A stretch of 64,000 nucleotides of DNA from Eledone cirrhosa (GCA_964016885.1 OZ024751.1:25172001-25236000), one strand, 5' to 3'; counted from the first letter of the stretch, positions 42,952 to 56,795 are shown. Program-made: numbers and translations. Notes: generated by a model not told the origin, from the sequence alone.

Positions 42952-43061
42952 CCCGGACTCGAGTTTCTGCCGCACTAATGCAGCAGTAAGGTGCACTGCA
43001 CGATCTGTCTGCATATATTATGCAACAATGCACAATCGGCTTATGCTGCTTCATCAGCGGG
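42952..43061 (-). ncRNA. Hammerhead with about 80-nt stem II domain
   Basis: cccg-CTGATGA-agcagca..tgcggca-GAAA-ctcgag-TC-cggg; palindromic stem III, GUC triplet. Confidence 0.72.
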
Positions 43062-43173
43062 TATCGCCTAATCAATAACCAATCGATCGACATAATCCAC
43101 ACACCGGCCCGAGCCGGTCATGACTGTTTGTGACAACCGACACGGTAAAGCGATTAACTGGCAATATATATAT

Positions 43174-43351
43174 AATGAAGGAGTTGTGGTAAGGAACCAG
43201 GTGGACCATTACGCACCAGATTACTCAATACCTAGGGTAATAGGAAAATGTTTGACCCCGACGGCAGAGCTCAAGCCGTTTGACGGCTATTTCAGTCCAG
43301 AAATAGCCGTCGAAACGGCTTGAGGTCTGCTGTCGGGGTCAAACATTTTCC

Positions 43352-43354
<3 letters not shown>
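43174..43354 (-). mobile_element. Palindromic half-hammerhead element, copy 2
   Basis: Palindrome 43240-43354, same tail. Confidence 0.8.
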
Positions 43355-43413
<59 letters not shown>

Positions 43414-44783
43414 TATATATGTATATGTATGTATACATACATATATACATACACATATATGTGTATATATGTGTGTGTGTATGCCTCTGTATATGCATCC
43501 ATGTTCATATATGACAAATTGGACATTTATATAGATTTGCTTGGCACGCAAGATTATGAGTGAAAATTAGTTCTTGTTTAGGCAAACGTGGCTATTTGAA
43601 AAAACAGTAGGAAAACATACATAAAAACAAAACCAATCAAAATAAATAGAGCGACTATTGATTCTTTGTATTTAGAAATCGACTTTTTACAACTTTTTCT
43701 TTACAATTCTTTATTTAGTAGCTTCATCCACAAGTGATCAGTGGAAATGTGTATTTTCTCAGATAAACGATGTAGACTAAAATCTAGATATTAAGATGAG
43801 AGGTATTGCTCTAACACATTATTACATTAATGGCATTATTCTATTTTTGGTGCTCAGTATATATACATCAATATGTAAAGACAAAAGCCATTAAATGAAC
43901 TGTTTGAGTGGCCAACTAGAAATATATTCAGCGTTGTTCAGTGTTCAGTATTTAGTATTACTAATTCTTTATATTTCCCCATCCCACTTTGGGGATTTAA
44001 AGAATGCTAATGGATGGAAGCAAAGGAAGGAAAGTATTCAACTTAGCCACATACCATTTCCTGCGTATGTAACTGTATGTATGTGTATGTATGAATGTAC
44101 GTACACACAGACACACATACACACACATTATGTATATATATATATATAGAGAGAGAGAGAGTTATCGATATGCATGTATGTATGTATGTATTTATTCAAT
44201 TCCAGTAGGTCAATCCGGTAATCTATACCATTTTGCCATTTGGTTTGTTGTTAAAAGAGAGTGCTGGATGTGTGTTGAATCTAGGATCAATGGAAGAAGC
44301 ATACTTGAATAATTGAGTTAAGTGGGGACGCTTTAGCAATAACGTTAGTCCCCAACCCCTGCCACTGATCGATCGATAAACGTTTCTTATTTTTATTTAA
44401 GTAACGTTTGTAAAATGTGGCGAATTGGTAAAGTCGTTAGAACATCGGGGCAATATTCTCTGAACTCAATTCATGGTGAGGTCAACGTTTCCTTACATAC
44501 TTTTATGGTCACTAAATAAAGTACTTTCCAGTACTGGGATCAATACCTCCTTTATATCTCCCTTACTTTCGTTCTCTTCTTCAATCACTCTCGCTCTCTC
44601 TTCACCTCTCCCTCACTCTCTCATAGTAGGAAATATGCCGTATTCACACCGGGAAATTGCTGGTTTCCTTCTGATTAAATTTCCCAAGATACGTCGTATA
44701 AAACTCCATCGAGTTAATTGTGTACATAAAATAACCGCACTCATCAGAAACTAAAAACTATTGAAACGTCAACCAACTTGACC

Positions 44784-44960
44784 TTTGGCACACGACCAGC
44801 AATTATCCCAGTGCATTACTGGTGCTTTATTTTATCGACCTCGTAAGGATGAAAGGCAAAGTTAACCTCGGCGAGATTTGACCTCAGACCGTAAAGGGCC
44901 GTAGCTCTATGCTGCAAAGTATGGCGTCCGATTCTCTACTGATACTGCCAATCCATCGCC
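44784..44960 (-). mobile_element. SINE A
   Basis: Family match. Confidence 0.9.
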
Positions 44961-46486
44961 CTATATATTACTAGATATAATGACAGCTTATAATAGCGTA
45001 GTTCATAACACCCTGAATATAAATACAAATATATCATTACGAAACTCCCGTCTATCTTTGCAACTGGGTTGAAATCCTTCCCACTAATCACGAGAAAAGC
45101 CAAAATATATTCCTTCTACCAGGTCTTCCACAGAACTCTCTAGTCGTATTTGTTCTCTTTCTTTTCTACACAACACATTTACTTTCATTTCTAAATGCAA
45201 CTACCCAGAACCTTTCAATTATCAAGGTATTGAAATATATTTAATGGAACATCTGTTAACGACACAGAAATACATAAAGGTCCTTGGCATTTGGTCACAA
45301 ACTGATTTGAAATGGGAAATTCGAATGAAGTATTCATTGACAAAAACATGGCCTGCTATTAAAGATATTTCAACGCTTGGCATTATATAATATTAAAGAT
45401 AGTTCAACACTTGGCATTATATAATATGGGATTCATCAACGCTGAATGTGTGTATAGCAGCTGACTAGGGAGATACAGGCGATAGTTATCGAAATGTTTT
45501 GTAAGATAAACTATACTGTGTTGTCTAAGATCTTCTCTAAATACAGCTATTTTTCAAGAAGCAGCTCTATTCATATCTTGATACACAAATCTAGTAAGTG
45601 TAAACTGCTAACTGCTGTGTTTAAGTAGAAACATAACACAGCGTGACATTTGGCTTCGTCCCTATATCGGTGTGAGCCTGTGTGTGTATATTTTTTCACC
45701 ATTGTGTTTAATTGCATGTCAAAGATTCGATAAATAGAGATCAATAAAATAAGTACAAAGCGATTGAAGTAAATACTGAGGTCAGTCTATATGATCAACT
45801 CAAAACCTTAAAGATCCTGAACCAACCTGGCTACAGGCCAAGAGATAAGAGTAGTAAACGTATAAATGAATAAATGAACAAAAAAATATAAGGATAATAT
45901 ATATCAGAACTAATGTAAGGAATGGACATCCATCGCTTTCGACGATGACTATTCCAACATTTTAGTCAATGGAATAAGTTGCTCATGAAATTATTGTGAT
46001 AGGGGCTGAACATTCCCTTAGACACGCATACCTTTAAGTTAATCCTCGGGGAGATTCATGAGGAAAATGTATCAGTGACTTGCACAGAACATCCGATGGG
46101 TTTCCAAACTGTTTTCGTCTACCCAATTTCACACTCAAGGTATGGATCAACCCAAAGTTAATGTAAATAACAATTATTCAAGATGCCATTAATATTGTAA
46201 AGAATCTAAATCACTAATACCCAAATTGTGAACTACAGAACTCAACTACTTTAGTGGGGATGAGAGAACATAAGATAGGGCCACGGAAAGACAAGGGTTT
46301 GGTAGTGGGTTGTTGCTGAGTTTCATCAAATTACTTCTCCAATAACTTCCTATCAGTGCTTCCCAAGGTGAATTCTACCAGTAAATCGCCACTAGAACAA
46401 AGGTAAGGTGTGTTTATAGTAGTGAGGGTAATTGGAAGAGAGTGAGTCAAGTATAAATTACCAGTTGCTTGTAAACTATCACCATT

Positions 46487-46913
46487 TTGGCAGTATCGGT
46501 AGAGGTTCGGCCGCCATGCTTGCAGCAAAGAGTTACGGCCCTTTATGATCTCAGTTCAAATCCCGCCGAGGTTAACCTTGCCTTTCATCCTTACAGGGTC
46601 GATAAAATAAAGTACCAGTAATACACTGGGATAATTGCTGGCCTTGTGCCAAAAGTAGAAACAATTATTTACTGTATAAAACACTTAACTATCTAATGAC
46701 ATTAAATAACACGTGGACTGGCATTAACCGGTAGAGCATCGGACACTATGCTTTGTAGCATATAGTTAAGGTATTTACGTTCTGAGTTCAAATTTTGCTG
46801 AGGTAAACATTGCCTTTCATCTTTACGGGCTCGATAAATAAAGCAGCAGTAATGAACGGGGGCCGAATTAATCTAAAATTGTTAGCCTTGTGCCTAAATC
46901 AGAAACCATTATT
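46487..46913 (+). mobile_element. Two tandem SINE A copies
   Basis: Copies at 46487-46669 and about 46713-46913. Confidence 0.85.
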
Positions 46914-47567
46914 AGTGTGTTTCGACAAGAGCTGATGAAGCAGAAGATGCAGTGATCCAAGTCATTTGCGTTTTGATGCTTGCGCCTACAACATACAAAC
47001 TCCCTCCATTATAGGGATTGGGTATTTTATCTTAAACGATTACTCCTCTGGGTGGAAACTAGGGTTCTATATATTGCCAAACATTCACTCCTGTCGTGTG
47101 TTTGGTAAGGCATTTCTGGAGAGTTAATGGGGCGTTGGAAGGCAGAGTGTCGTTAGGAGTAAATCGGGTAGTCAATAAAAATTACTAGTTGTTCATAAAA
47201 CTGTCGCTCTCATTTATTGTATAAAAGTTTTAACCAAGAATAAAAATAACATTCTTATAATCAAATGTTCAATGTATAATATTTTTATCAACTTTACAAT
47301 AGAAGATGTAATTCCCCTCTCTACATTGTCCATGATATTTTCTTTCCTGTAATGCAGGCTATGATTTAAATTAGAGAATATGTAATACATTGAACTCGAT
47401 CCTACATTACACTGAGAGACGGAGTTGCAATAAAAAATGTTATCGACCCTTAAGTAAGTCGACACCAATGGGAGCATAGCAATGTGTGAATATCGACCAA
47501 GATACTGCGAAGTATTGGATTATATTTGAAACATTTGCTCCCTTCACTACACATATATATATATATG

Positions 47568-47659
<92 letters not shown>

Positions 47660-47682
47660 TATACATATATATACATATATAC

Positions 47683-47757
<75 letters not shown>

Positions 47758-47793
47758 TCACAGGAATCAAAGTTATGTTCAAACCATTTATTA

Positions 47794-47838
47794 GCTTACA
47801 ATTGTTTCATCCAAACCGAGGTTTGGATTCTTCGGAGC
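47794..47838 (-). ncRNA. Hammerhead with U4C core change
   Basis: gct-CCGAAGA-atccaaac/ctcg/gtttggat-GAAA-caattg-TA-agc. Confidence 0.68.
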
Positions 47839-47999
47839 ATTTTTTCAATGTTTGTATACAAAAATGTAGAACAACTGATGTTATTACATTGAGCTATTTA
47901 TCTTACTGGTAATAAGGTAGTAACAAATTACTGTCTTTCACTGTTTAGGGTTTAAAATATATATAACTATATATACATAACCATAAATAGTATCCTTAA

Positions 48000-48039
<40 letters not shown>

Positions 48040-48104
48040 TAGTATACATACATACCAACATATACGCATATATACCAACACACATATCTACATATATAAA
48101 GTTG

Positions 48105-48727
48105 TATTCCTGTCTGTTAGTTTGTTCACGAATTCCTCCTGTGGTTTTGGAGATAGACCCCCATAACCATATATATTCGGAAATTACATTGCCCAGGGTA
48201 TTTGGATAAGTATATTTCATTGTAATCAAAGGGTTCCCCGGGGTCACAAAACCTCCGCTGAAAACCCCCGCTGAAGATTTTTTCCCTTCGATTTATATGA
48301 AATTTAAACCATAGGTAAATGACAAGATATGATGCCTATTCACAAATTTCAATAATATTAAGACACCCTAATGGTGGATAAACCCCCTACTAGGATTACC
48401 CGAGGCACAAAGTCCCGTTGAAAATTGTTTCCCTTCGATTTATATGAAATTCAAACCATAGGTAAATGACAAGATATGATGCCTATTCACAAACGTTTTG
48501 AATTGATATTTTGAAAAAGATTGTTTACAAGAAACAAAATAAGAATAAGATTTAATAATGAAATTTTGATTTGATATATTAGAAAAGATTAAGGTTCTCC
48601 AATTTTTCATGCATTACATTTTGCATTGAGTAATATTGAAATGCAGTTTTTCTCCTGATTTAAAATCAATCATCATTTTCTTACAAAAAAATGTGTGAAA
48701 CGCAGCAAGGCGCGGGTAATTCGGCTA

Positions 48728-48728
<1 letters not shown>
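48105..48728 (+). mobile_element. Non-autonomous Helitron-like element
   Basis: GC hairpin cgcagc-aag-gcgcg followed by terminal CTAG|t at 48725-48728; internal direct repeat of about 65 bp (48282-48346, 48428-48493); 5' end uncertain. Confidence 0.4.
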
Positions 48729-48759
<31 letters not shown>

Positions 48760-48801
48760 GTACATACATACATATATATCTCTCTCTCTATATATATATA
48801 C

Positions 48802-48833
<32 letters not shown>

Positions 48834-48835
<2 letters not shown>

Positions 48836-49020
48836 CGAAGGAGGTGTGGTAAGGAACCAGATGGACCATAACGCACCAGAGTACTCAATACTTAGGGTAG
48901 TAGAGTGGGTAATATGAAAATGTTTAACCCCGACGGCAGAGCTCAAGCCATTTCGACGGCTATTTCAGTCCAGAAATAGCCGTCGAAACGGCTTGAGCTC
49001 TGCCGTCGGGGTTAAACATT

Positions 49021-49027
<7 letters not shown>
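48834..49027 (-). mobile_element. Palindromic half-hammerhead element, copy 3
   Basis: Palindrome 48912-49027, same tail. Confidence 0.8.
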
Positions 49028-49071
<44 letters not shown>

Positions 49072-50149
49072 GATGGCTGCAAACTCTGCTAAGAGTATTG
49101 CAATCGCTTGTCAGATTCAGATGTGTGACGCTTGGATATGGCTTTTTAAGAGTACTATATATTTGCACACCTCCGCACATTGACGACAACTATGAATCAC
49201 CTTCGCTTCAGATCTTGCATCAGGTTGCCTGTATAGTATACACATACTAATACGTATTCTTACTACCATACATGCTTACATTTTTCATAACCACATATAT
49301 ACATGCATATATACATATATACATTCTTCATAAACACATATATAAATGCATACATACTACATACAAGCATACATACATGCATACATACAAACATACGTTC
49401 ATGCCTACATACATACATACATACATACATACATACATACATACATACATACATACATACATACATACATACATACATACAAACGTGCTTCATAGTTAAG
49501 GTTGTTAAAACGTAACACTCGAACACGTGTGATGACAATTGTAACAACACTCTTCGCTAAACACGGAAGAACAGAAAAGTGTCATGGATGCTTCTTTTCT
49601 TTCATTGAATAAACCAATGAAAACAAAACTGAAACACGGCTCCGGAATGTTTCATCGCTTCAGTATTAATAATTCTGTGAATTACTAGCAAGCGAAATGA
49701 TCTAGTTTGGTATGTTTTTAATATTCTTTAACCCTCATTCACCAAAGAAACTTTTACCTTGTTATTGGATGGAATTTTTTAAAGCAACAGACTGTAAAAT
49801 CTTCGTAATCTCCATAATGTAATAGATTTGTATACAACCGTGTAAATCAAGCGAAAATTCAATTAAATGTTTTTGTCATGAAATTTCTTTTTCCCTTTGT
49901 CAGGGAACAATACTGTTTATTCCTTTAACTCAATAGTTTGGAATACAATAGGATTCTGCAAAGAATTTAATGCATTAATAAAACGGCTCTTAGAACACAC
50001 TTGAAGAGTGGCTGAAATGATGTTAGCCATATGCTATAGCCTAGGAGGATGGACAATTATATAAGATTTACGCAAGATGAGACAATTCTTGACAAGTTTT
50101 GCAAATTATTATTAGAAATACATCATGAAAAAATTAGTTATCACATTGG

Positions 50150-50392
50150 TAGTTGTCACGTGTACCAGAAGGTGGAAAATGATTGGTTGAGCAGCGAGGA
50201 GTTATGAAAACGAATATAGAATGAAGGTGAAATGGAGGAACTGGAGGGCGAAGAAGGACATGGCTAAACATAACGGAGGGAGGTGTGTATTTGGTGGGGA
50301 GAGATGTAGAAGAGAGAGCAAAATGGAGAATCTTGTCATGGGTCCCGCACAGGTCTAACTCCTGCTCTAGCATGGAAAACAGCTTTAAAATG
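50150..50392 (+). mobile_element. Degenerate RTE-like 3' end
   Basis: GGRRRTWL and ERAKWR remnants and a ctagcatggaaaac tail. Confidence 0.35.
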
Positions 50393-51135
50393 CTTCTTGT
50401 GTGTGTATATTGTACATATATTTCAGAAATGGAATCAATGAGATCGTTGGATCATGTGATGTGAGGGACGAAAGTGAGCAGGTGAGGGGATAGACGGAAA
50501 TGAATATGGAAGGGAGTAGATGAAGGAGTAGATCTAGAAAGAAGAAAATTATAAAATGCGACTTTGAGAAATATTTTGTAATCAATTAGGGAATATGGTA
50601 AAGCTAGTTAGGAGACCTTGTATGTATAACTCTTGCTTTAGCGGGAAGATGGTATAAAATGTTTGTTGTTGTTGGATATATAGAAATATGGCTAATAGGG
50701 TATTCTACAACTCGATGTTACAATAGAAGAAGGTACAACAGCACGTTTTCTTTAGTAATCAACTACAAAAGAGTAATAAATTGTTTTTATTTAAAACTAG
50801 AAAGGATATGTTTTCAAAATGGAAAATTGGAAATATATACACTGTATGTTAAAGTTTTTAAATAAAAAACCTCAATTTCAAGAGAGAAACTTAGCAAATA
50901 TACAGATTATATTTAAAACTCCATGAAAAATGTAATGTGTATATAACAACACATTGTTTATTGATAGCCTCGCTCTGAAAACCTGAACACATATAGGTTA
51001 TTGCTTTCAAATATAATAGGTTTAATGTAGATACAACTACAGTTTATAAATGAAATATCTCGCTGTTAAAATGTGAACAAACGTTGTGGCTAATAAATAA
51101 ATATAAAAAAAAATAAATATATTATTATTTTGTCC

Positions 51136-51324
51136 GTGGATTGGTAGTATCGGTAGAGGGTCGGACGCCATGCTTTTCAGCAAAGAGTTACGGCCCTTTA
51201 TGGTCTGAGTTCAAACCACGCCGAGGTTAACTGGTACTTTATTTTATCTACCCGATAAGGATGAAAGGCAAAGTTAACCTCGGCGGGATTTGAACTCAGA
51301 ATGGAAAGGGCCGTAACTCTTTGC
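51136..51324. mobile_element. Inverted chimeric SINE A
   Basis: Plus-strand 5' half joined at about 51232 to a minus-strand segment. Confidence 0.85.
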
Positions 51325-53499
51325 ATTCTATAAGTTCTGTTTGTTAATGGAAGGGCAAAGTTACGTTTCTCCTAATGAACCACTAAGTAGATGTGAAACA
51401 TATAAGGGGAACCACTATATTTTTCTACGCTCGAATATTCTAACGAAAATGTCTACGTTTTTTTCCCATTTTCACAGTAAAGATTATAATCTATAAGCTG
51501 TAGATTTTCTAACAAACTGTGTTTTCTCTAAGAATATATACCATTTAATATATTATTTACTATCCATTAATGGACGTTAGAAACTAAAGATTGATTCAGT
51601 CCGGTACTTCTAATCGAAATTAGAAATATTCAGCTAAACTAGATATAGTTTAATCCCTACCGAATTTATAATACAGAAAAAATATTGTTAGGTTGACGTA
51701 TGTAATTTGTAGCTAATTCTGATATTATTTTCTTAGGGAGGCATGCAGAGAAGGCAAGATAATGGATATAAATGCTATTTATCTTGCTACTTACCTAAAG
51801 CCTTTCAAGGAAATTCATTGGAACTTCCTGTTTACACGAAATACGAAACTCACTAGTTCATCCATCTTTCTGTCTACATGTCTCTTACTCGTTCTCTACT
51901 GCTCACTTTCTATCTCCATCTATCTTCTTAGTGCTCCACCCCACTTTTTTCCGACACCTATTTTCTTCTCATAACTATTACTGACTTGAATTTCATTAAA
52001 TCGCTAAAAACCATCTTAATTCATCTCGGACATTATACAACAAGTAGAAAATACTTCTTAAGTATTCTACAAACACTTCCTACATATAAATACATACATA
52101 TATACATATGCATATATATACATACACACACACACACACATATATATACATACATACATACATACATACATACATACATACATACATACATACATAGATA
52201 CATACATACATACATACACACATACATACCTATATACATACATATATACATGCATAAATACATGCCTACGTACATATACATACATACGTACGTACATACA
52301 TATATTGACTAATGTTAGGCCATAGAAGACACTTGCCCAAGGTACTAAAAATTGGGACTGAATCCGAAACCCCGTGTTTGCGAGGAGATCTACTTACACA
52401 TATAATCACGTCTAACAGTCGTATATAAAATTCTATTCTAGGAAGTTAGTTTTACTATAAAATCCGCCTTCAATGAAACTTATCCAGCTTTTTCACTTTA
52501 TTAAAAGATATTCTACACACCAGGAACCACCGTCTTTTATGGCGCCTCTTGGTTACTTGATCATAACACGGGAAAGTTTGATTGAATATCTCTATACACT
52601 AATGTGTAAAATACTTTAACATGCACCAAACATATCACATGATTCGTTTTCAATCCGGTTTATCGTGACCATTTAGCTTTTAGTTGTCTTTAATGAAGCC
52701 CCACATCATTGCAAGCATTTAAATTAGGTCTCCGGATTAAAGGTACATTTGCCCCAACCCTGATCCCAGACTAGTCAGAAGACCTGGAATAGACATGAGC
52801 ACCTCCATGCTCTTATCTGCTTCACTTAAAGGCATAAAAGTTACGAAATTGTTTGTGACCGAAAGAAGTTGAACTTGATAATAACAGAGCTGCATGTCTA
52901 ATAATATCCTTTGTTTATTTGAATGAAATATAATAAATATGCTCAAAAGTCTTTTTTTATTTACGATCAAATGTATGTTTGACAATTTTTATTGTAAAAT
53001 AAAAAATGAAATGTGTTACAAAAAACATATGAGTTCAAACATTTCTGTAATCACAGCTTGAGTAGAAATGATAAATACAGGTTAGATCATAAGTATTGAT
53101 TACACAGATATCTAATAATGGTGTACTTGCAAACGGACAGCTTTTAGATGATTTAATGTAACTATACACGCTTATATGAAGTGCATGTTGCATATATATG
53201 AATGTATGTATGTATTTATGTATGTATATATGTATGTATGAATGTATGTATGTATGTATATATATATGCATAAACTTATGTATGTATGTACCTTCTTCTG
53301 GTTTTATAATTTCACATAGATACAAGACTCTCTCATTGGAATTTACACAACATCAACTAGGTAGATATGTCTGCATCCCTGCATGCATGCATATGTGTGC
53401 AGGTATGGATGTTATTCTATGTGTGGATGTGGATGTTTTGAGTTATATGGGTGCATGTGTATATGCTTTGTTCGTGAAACATGCAGTTATTTGATGCAG

Positions 53500-53811
53500 A
53501 ATGTTTGGAATGTTTTACATATTTTTACTGTTCCATTAATGAATTGTACTTGTAATTTCCTAACTAGTCGTATTCTTTCTGTTTGTGAAACCCAGCTTCT
53601 CAAGATTTGTATTGAGGCAGTTACTAACATAACCCAGTGCCCCAATAATCACAGGTATAAATCTGAAGGTATAGTCAGGGTGGAGTATCTGTAGATTTAT
53701 TATTAGTTCCGCATACATATTCTCCTTTTGGCTAATCTTTGATATTATATTGGCATCTGTTGGGCAGCTGACTTCCACTACTGTGCATGCCTTCTCTTCT
53801 TTTCTGAAGTG
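53500..53811 (-). mobile_element. RLE-domain fragment of a different RLE-type non-LTR family
   Basis: VVEVSCPTD..KENMYAEL..PVIIGALG motif. Confidence 0.75.
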
Positions 53812-54081
53812 AAAACCAACAGGTGCGTGTGTTTTATTGGCAGCATGAGTCTCCCAAAGTATAACAATCTGTTTCAACACACGTTTTCAGATAAGAAATC
53901 TTGCAAAACAAATTCAAAATCGAAGTATATATATATATATTGGGGTGTATATACAGAGAGAGGGGGAGAGAGAGGGGGAGAGAGAGACTGACAGACAGAC
54001 AGACAGACAGACAGACATGCAGTTAGCTAGATAGAAAGATACGTACATAGATAGATATGGATATACATAAGCACAGAAATA

Positions 54082-54518
54082 TGTACAGTGCTACCGGGGA
54101 GCGTTGCCGGTTCGAGATAAGCTCTACAGGCACGGAAGTGCCGTCAGCCGAACCTGTCCGAGATGCGCACAGAGCGACGAAACCGTTGTACACGCACTCG
54201 TTCAGTGTCCGAGCATTGCTGACTTGTTGAGCTATGTCGAACATTTGCTGTCACATGTCTGTCACATGTCTGTCACATGTCTGTCACATCGTCCTGTACT
54301 GTTCTGTGCCGTCTCTAATGTTTTTCTTCATGTTAGCCCTTGTGGCCAACGAACCCTGGGTGGTCATCCCCCCCCCCTATTGGGTAATTTTTCTTGTATT
54401 TTTATTGTTACTTTGTTATTGTTATTCATATTGTTTACTCGATATTTCTGTAAAACCCCACTGTCCCAGTCTTTTGTATTGTCCCCTATATGTCGGCCCT
54501 TGTGGCCAATAAATGAAA

Positions 54519-54575
<57 letters not shown>
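54082..54575 (+). mobile_element. Internally deleted Tx1/L1-like LINE 3' fragment
   Basis: GALPVRDKL..CPRCAQSDETVVHALVQC (zf-RVT-type CCHC); 3' UTR ends ccttgtggccaataaa followed by (ATT)n. Confidence 0.8.
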
Positions 54576-54588
<13 letters not shown>

Positions 54589-54606
54589 TTTTACGTTTCG
54601 TTAAAG

Positions 54607-54924
54607 GATGAAAATAATTCTAATTTCTCGCCGGATATTACACCTATTGTGTTAGCAGCTCAATGCAATAATTTTGATATTGTCCACATGTTGCTTCGAA
54701 AAGGTTTCTCCATTGATATGCCGCACCATTACTTCTGCCTCTGCACTGAGTGTGACAATCACAAGAGATTCGACCGCTTTGTTCACTCTCGCTCACGTTT
54801 GAATGCCTACCGTGGTTTAGCAAGCACAGCTTACATGGCGCTCTCCAGTGATGACCCTGTTTTAACTGCTTTTGAACTAAGTGAACAGCTAAAGGGTTTG
54901 GAAGAGAAAGAGAAGGAGCATAAG
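54607..54924 (+). CDS. TRPC3/6/7-like channel exon (ankyrin 4 and zinc-binding TRP_2 region)
   Basis: aag|DENNSNFSPDITPIVLAAQCNNFDIVHMLLRKG..PHHYFCLCTEC..HSRSRLNAYRGLAS..DDPVLTAFELS..EKEHK|gtaggt; 318 nt, phase 0-0; closely resembles the TRPC3/6/7 motifs PHDYFCKC and HSRSRINAYKGLAS. Confidence 0.95.
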
Positions 54925-54997
54925 GTAGGTGATTTATAATTTCAGTTATATTCTCCATAAAAATATTCAATTAGATTTTCTCTAGATATATTTAAAC

Positions 54998-55319
54998 CAG
55001 AAGGTCTCAAACGTTTTGGGCCACCTCCACCCTCACGAACCTGTAATACCCTAAGCACCACCCCAACCCTATTTCCAGAGAGACCTGCCTACATGCAAAT
55101 TATAAATAATATATAATAAATTAAATCGTTAATATATATATAATAAATAATATATATACTATATATGAATAAATAATTTATATATTTTTATTTTACTCTA
55201 TTTATATATAATATGTATCATTTGATATTTCATATACTATTATATCATCTCCACCGCTCCATCAACTCTTAGGCCCCAGCACCCCTGGATTACGGTAGCG
55301 CCCGCTTTGAGAACTTCTG
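54998..55319. mobile_element. hAT-type MITE
   Basis: TIRs cagaaggtctcaaac / tttgagaacttctg; 8-bp TSD atttaaac/atttagac. Confidence 0.85.
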
Positions 55320-56636
55320 ATTTAGACTAATATATCTATGCCATATATAGAGACTATAATTAAATACATTGCTAATAATTTTCAAATAATTTTGAAAATA
55401 ATGAAGAATTTCAGTGGATGTAGCGGTATAGCCAAATTTCTGACTATCTGGTGTTTAGAGAACTATTTCAAACAGTTTCTTACATAAAATTATGACGGAA
55501 CGTTTGTTTTTAAAGATAAATATAAATATAAACAGTTCTATAGCATAAAAACCAAGGCTGGTTTCATGTTGTTTGGTATCAAAAGAGATAAATGATTAAC
55601 TCTACCAATGTAGATTATGAGAAATATAAGCTGAGAATGAGAAAAGATGTTTGTCTTTGAAAAGAAATAACCAATGCCCAGCTGATTATACGAATTATCT
55701 CTTGAAATACATAGTCCTTTTTGTTTTCGAGCCTAGAAAATACAACCAGCGTTTCATGTAGTCAAACTAATAATCAGTTATTACTTATTGCACTAGAGTG
55801 TCCTTAGAATATATGTGATGTGTTTATTGACCCTGATTATACGTTAGTAAATATCAGAGTGTGAACTCTCTTAGTCAAACATTGCAATTTAGTTAAAGTT
55901 ATAATAAAATATTAGTTAAACTTATAATTGATCATTTTAATTCTAATAAGCATAAAATTATATTAGGAATCATTTCATTTAGAAGTCTGCAACAATGGAA
56001 CTAGAACATTAAGTACGGAAAAAATAACTGTATGACTGGCGTTGAAATCTTACTTTATATATTTTGGGAAAACTAACATTTCCAAGAGAATTAAAAAACT
56101 AAATAGTTGTTTTCGATATATTCCACAATGCTCAACCAAACGAAAATAAATTTCTGTGTAAAATTATAGATTCTGTTTTTTTGTATTTTTCATTATAAAA
56201 ATATTAATTGCATAATTAATCCAAAGACAATATCATTCTTTATCGTGTTGAGTTATATTTATTTGTGATAGACACGTAAACCTTTGTTTAAGAGTCTCAG
56301 AAAATATTCAAATATTATAAAGTATATCAGGAAACTGTAGATTGTTATTATCATCACAAAATATTGAACACAATAAAGTTATGTTTATTACGAACAATAA
56401 GATTTTTCTTTCATCCTAATAAATATCAAAAACGAAAAGAAAAAGCAAGGCACATCCTATAATGAAAGATTAATAATCAAGGAGATATAATTTATTGATA
56501 TTGAAATGACGATAATGAACTTTTAATTGACGTTTTTATAGCAAACATTTTTGAAACTTGTTATTTTCTTCTCTCATAAACATTCTAATATTATTTGATG
56601 ATAAAGTTCTAGTCGTATGATGGTATTTGATTGCAG

Positions 56637-56795
56637 AGTGAGTACAAATCTTTGTGTGAACACTGCAAGAATTATGCAGTCGAATTACTGGAGCTTTGTC
56701 GTACAAATGAGGAAGTGATGGCAGCTTTACATGGAGGTTCAGATATTCATGATTTGTCCAGAGTTCGTATGGCGATTAAATATGAACAGAAGAAG
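56637..56795 (+). CDS. TRPC3/6/7-like channel exon (linker helices)
   Basis: ttgcag|SEYKSLCEHCKNYAVELLELCRTNEEVMAALHG..LSRVRMAIKYEQKK|gtaaat; 159 nt, phase 0-0. Confidence 0.95.

Noticed and set aside
44668-44752. Minus-strand CTGATGA..GAAA hammerhead candidate
   Set aside because: Stem I is only about 3 bp and there is no convincing stem II
45240-45350. KVLGIWSQTDLKW as a LINE RT remnant
   Set aside because: Single short motif with no supporting flanks
54644-54970. 108-aa antisense ORF
   Set aside because: Shadow of the TRPC exon on the opposite strand
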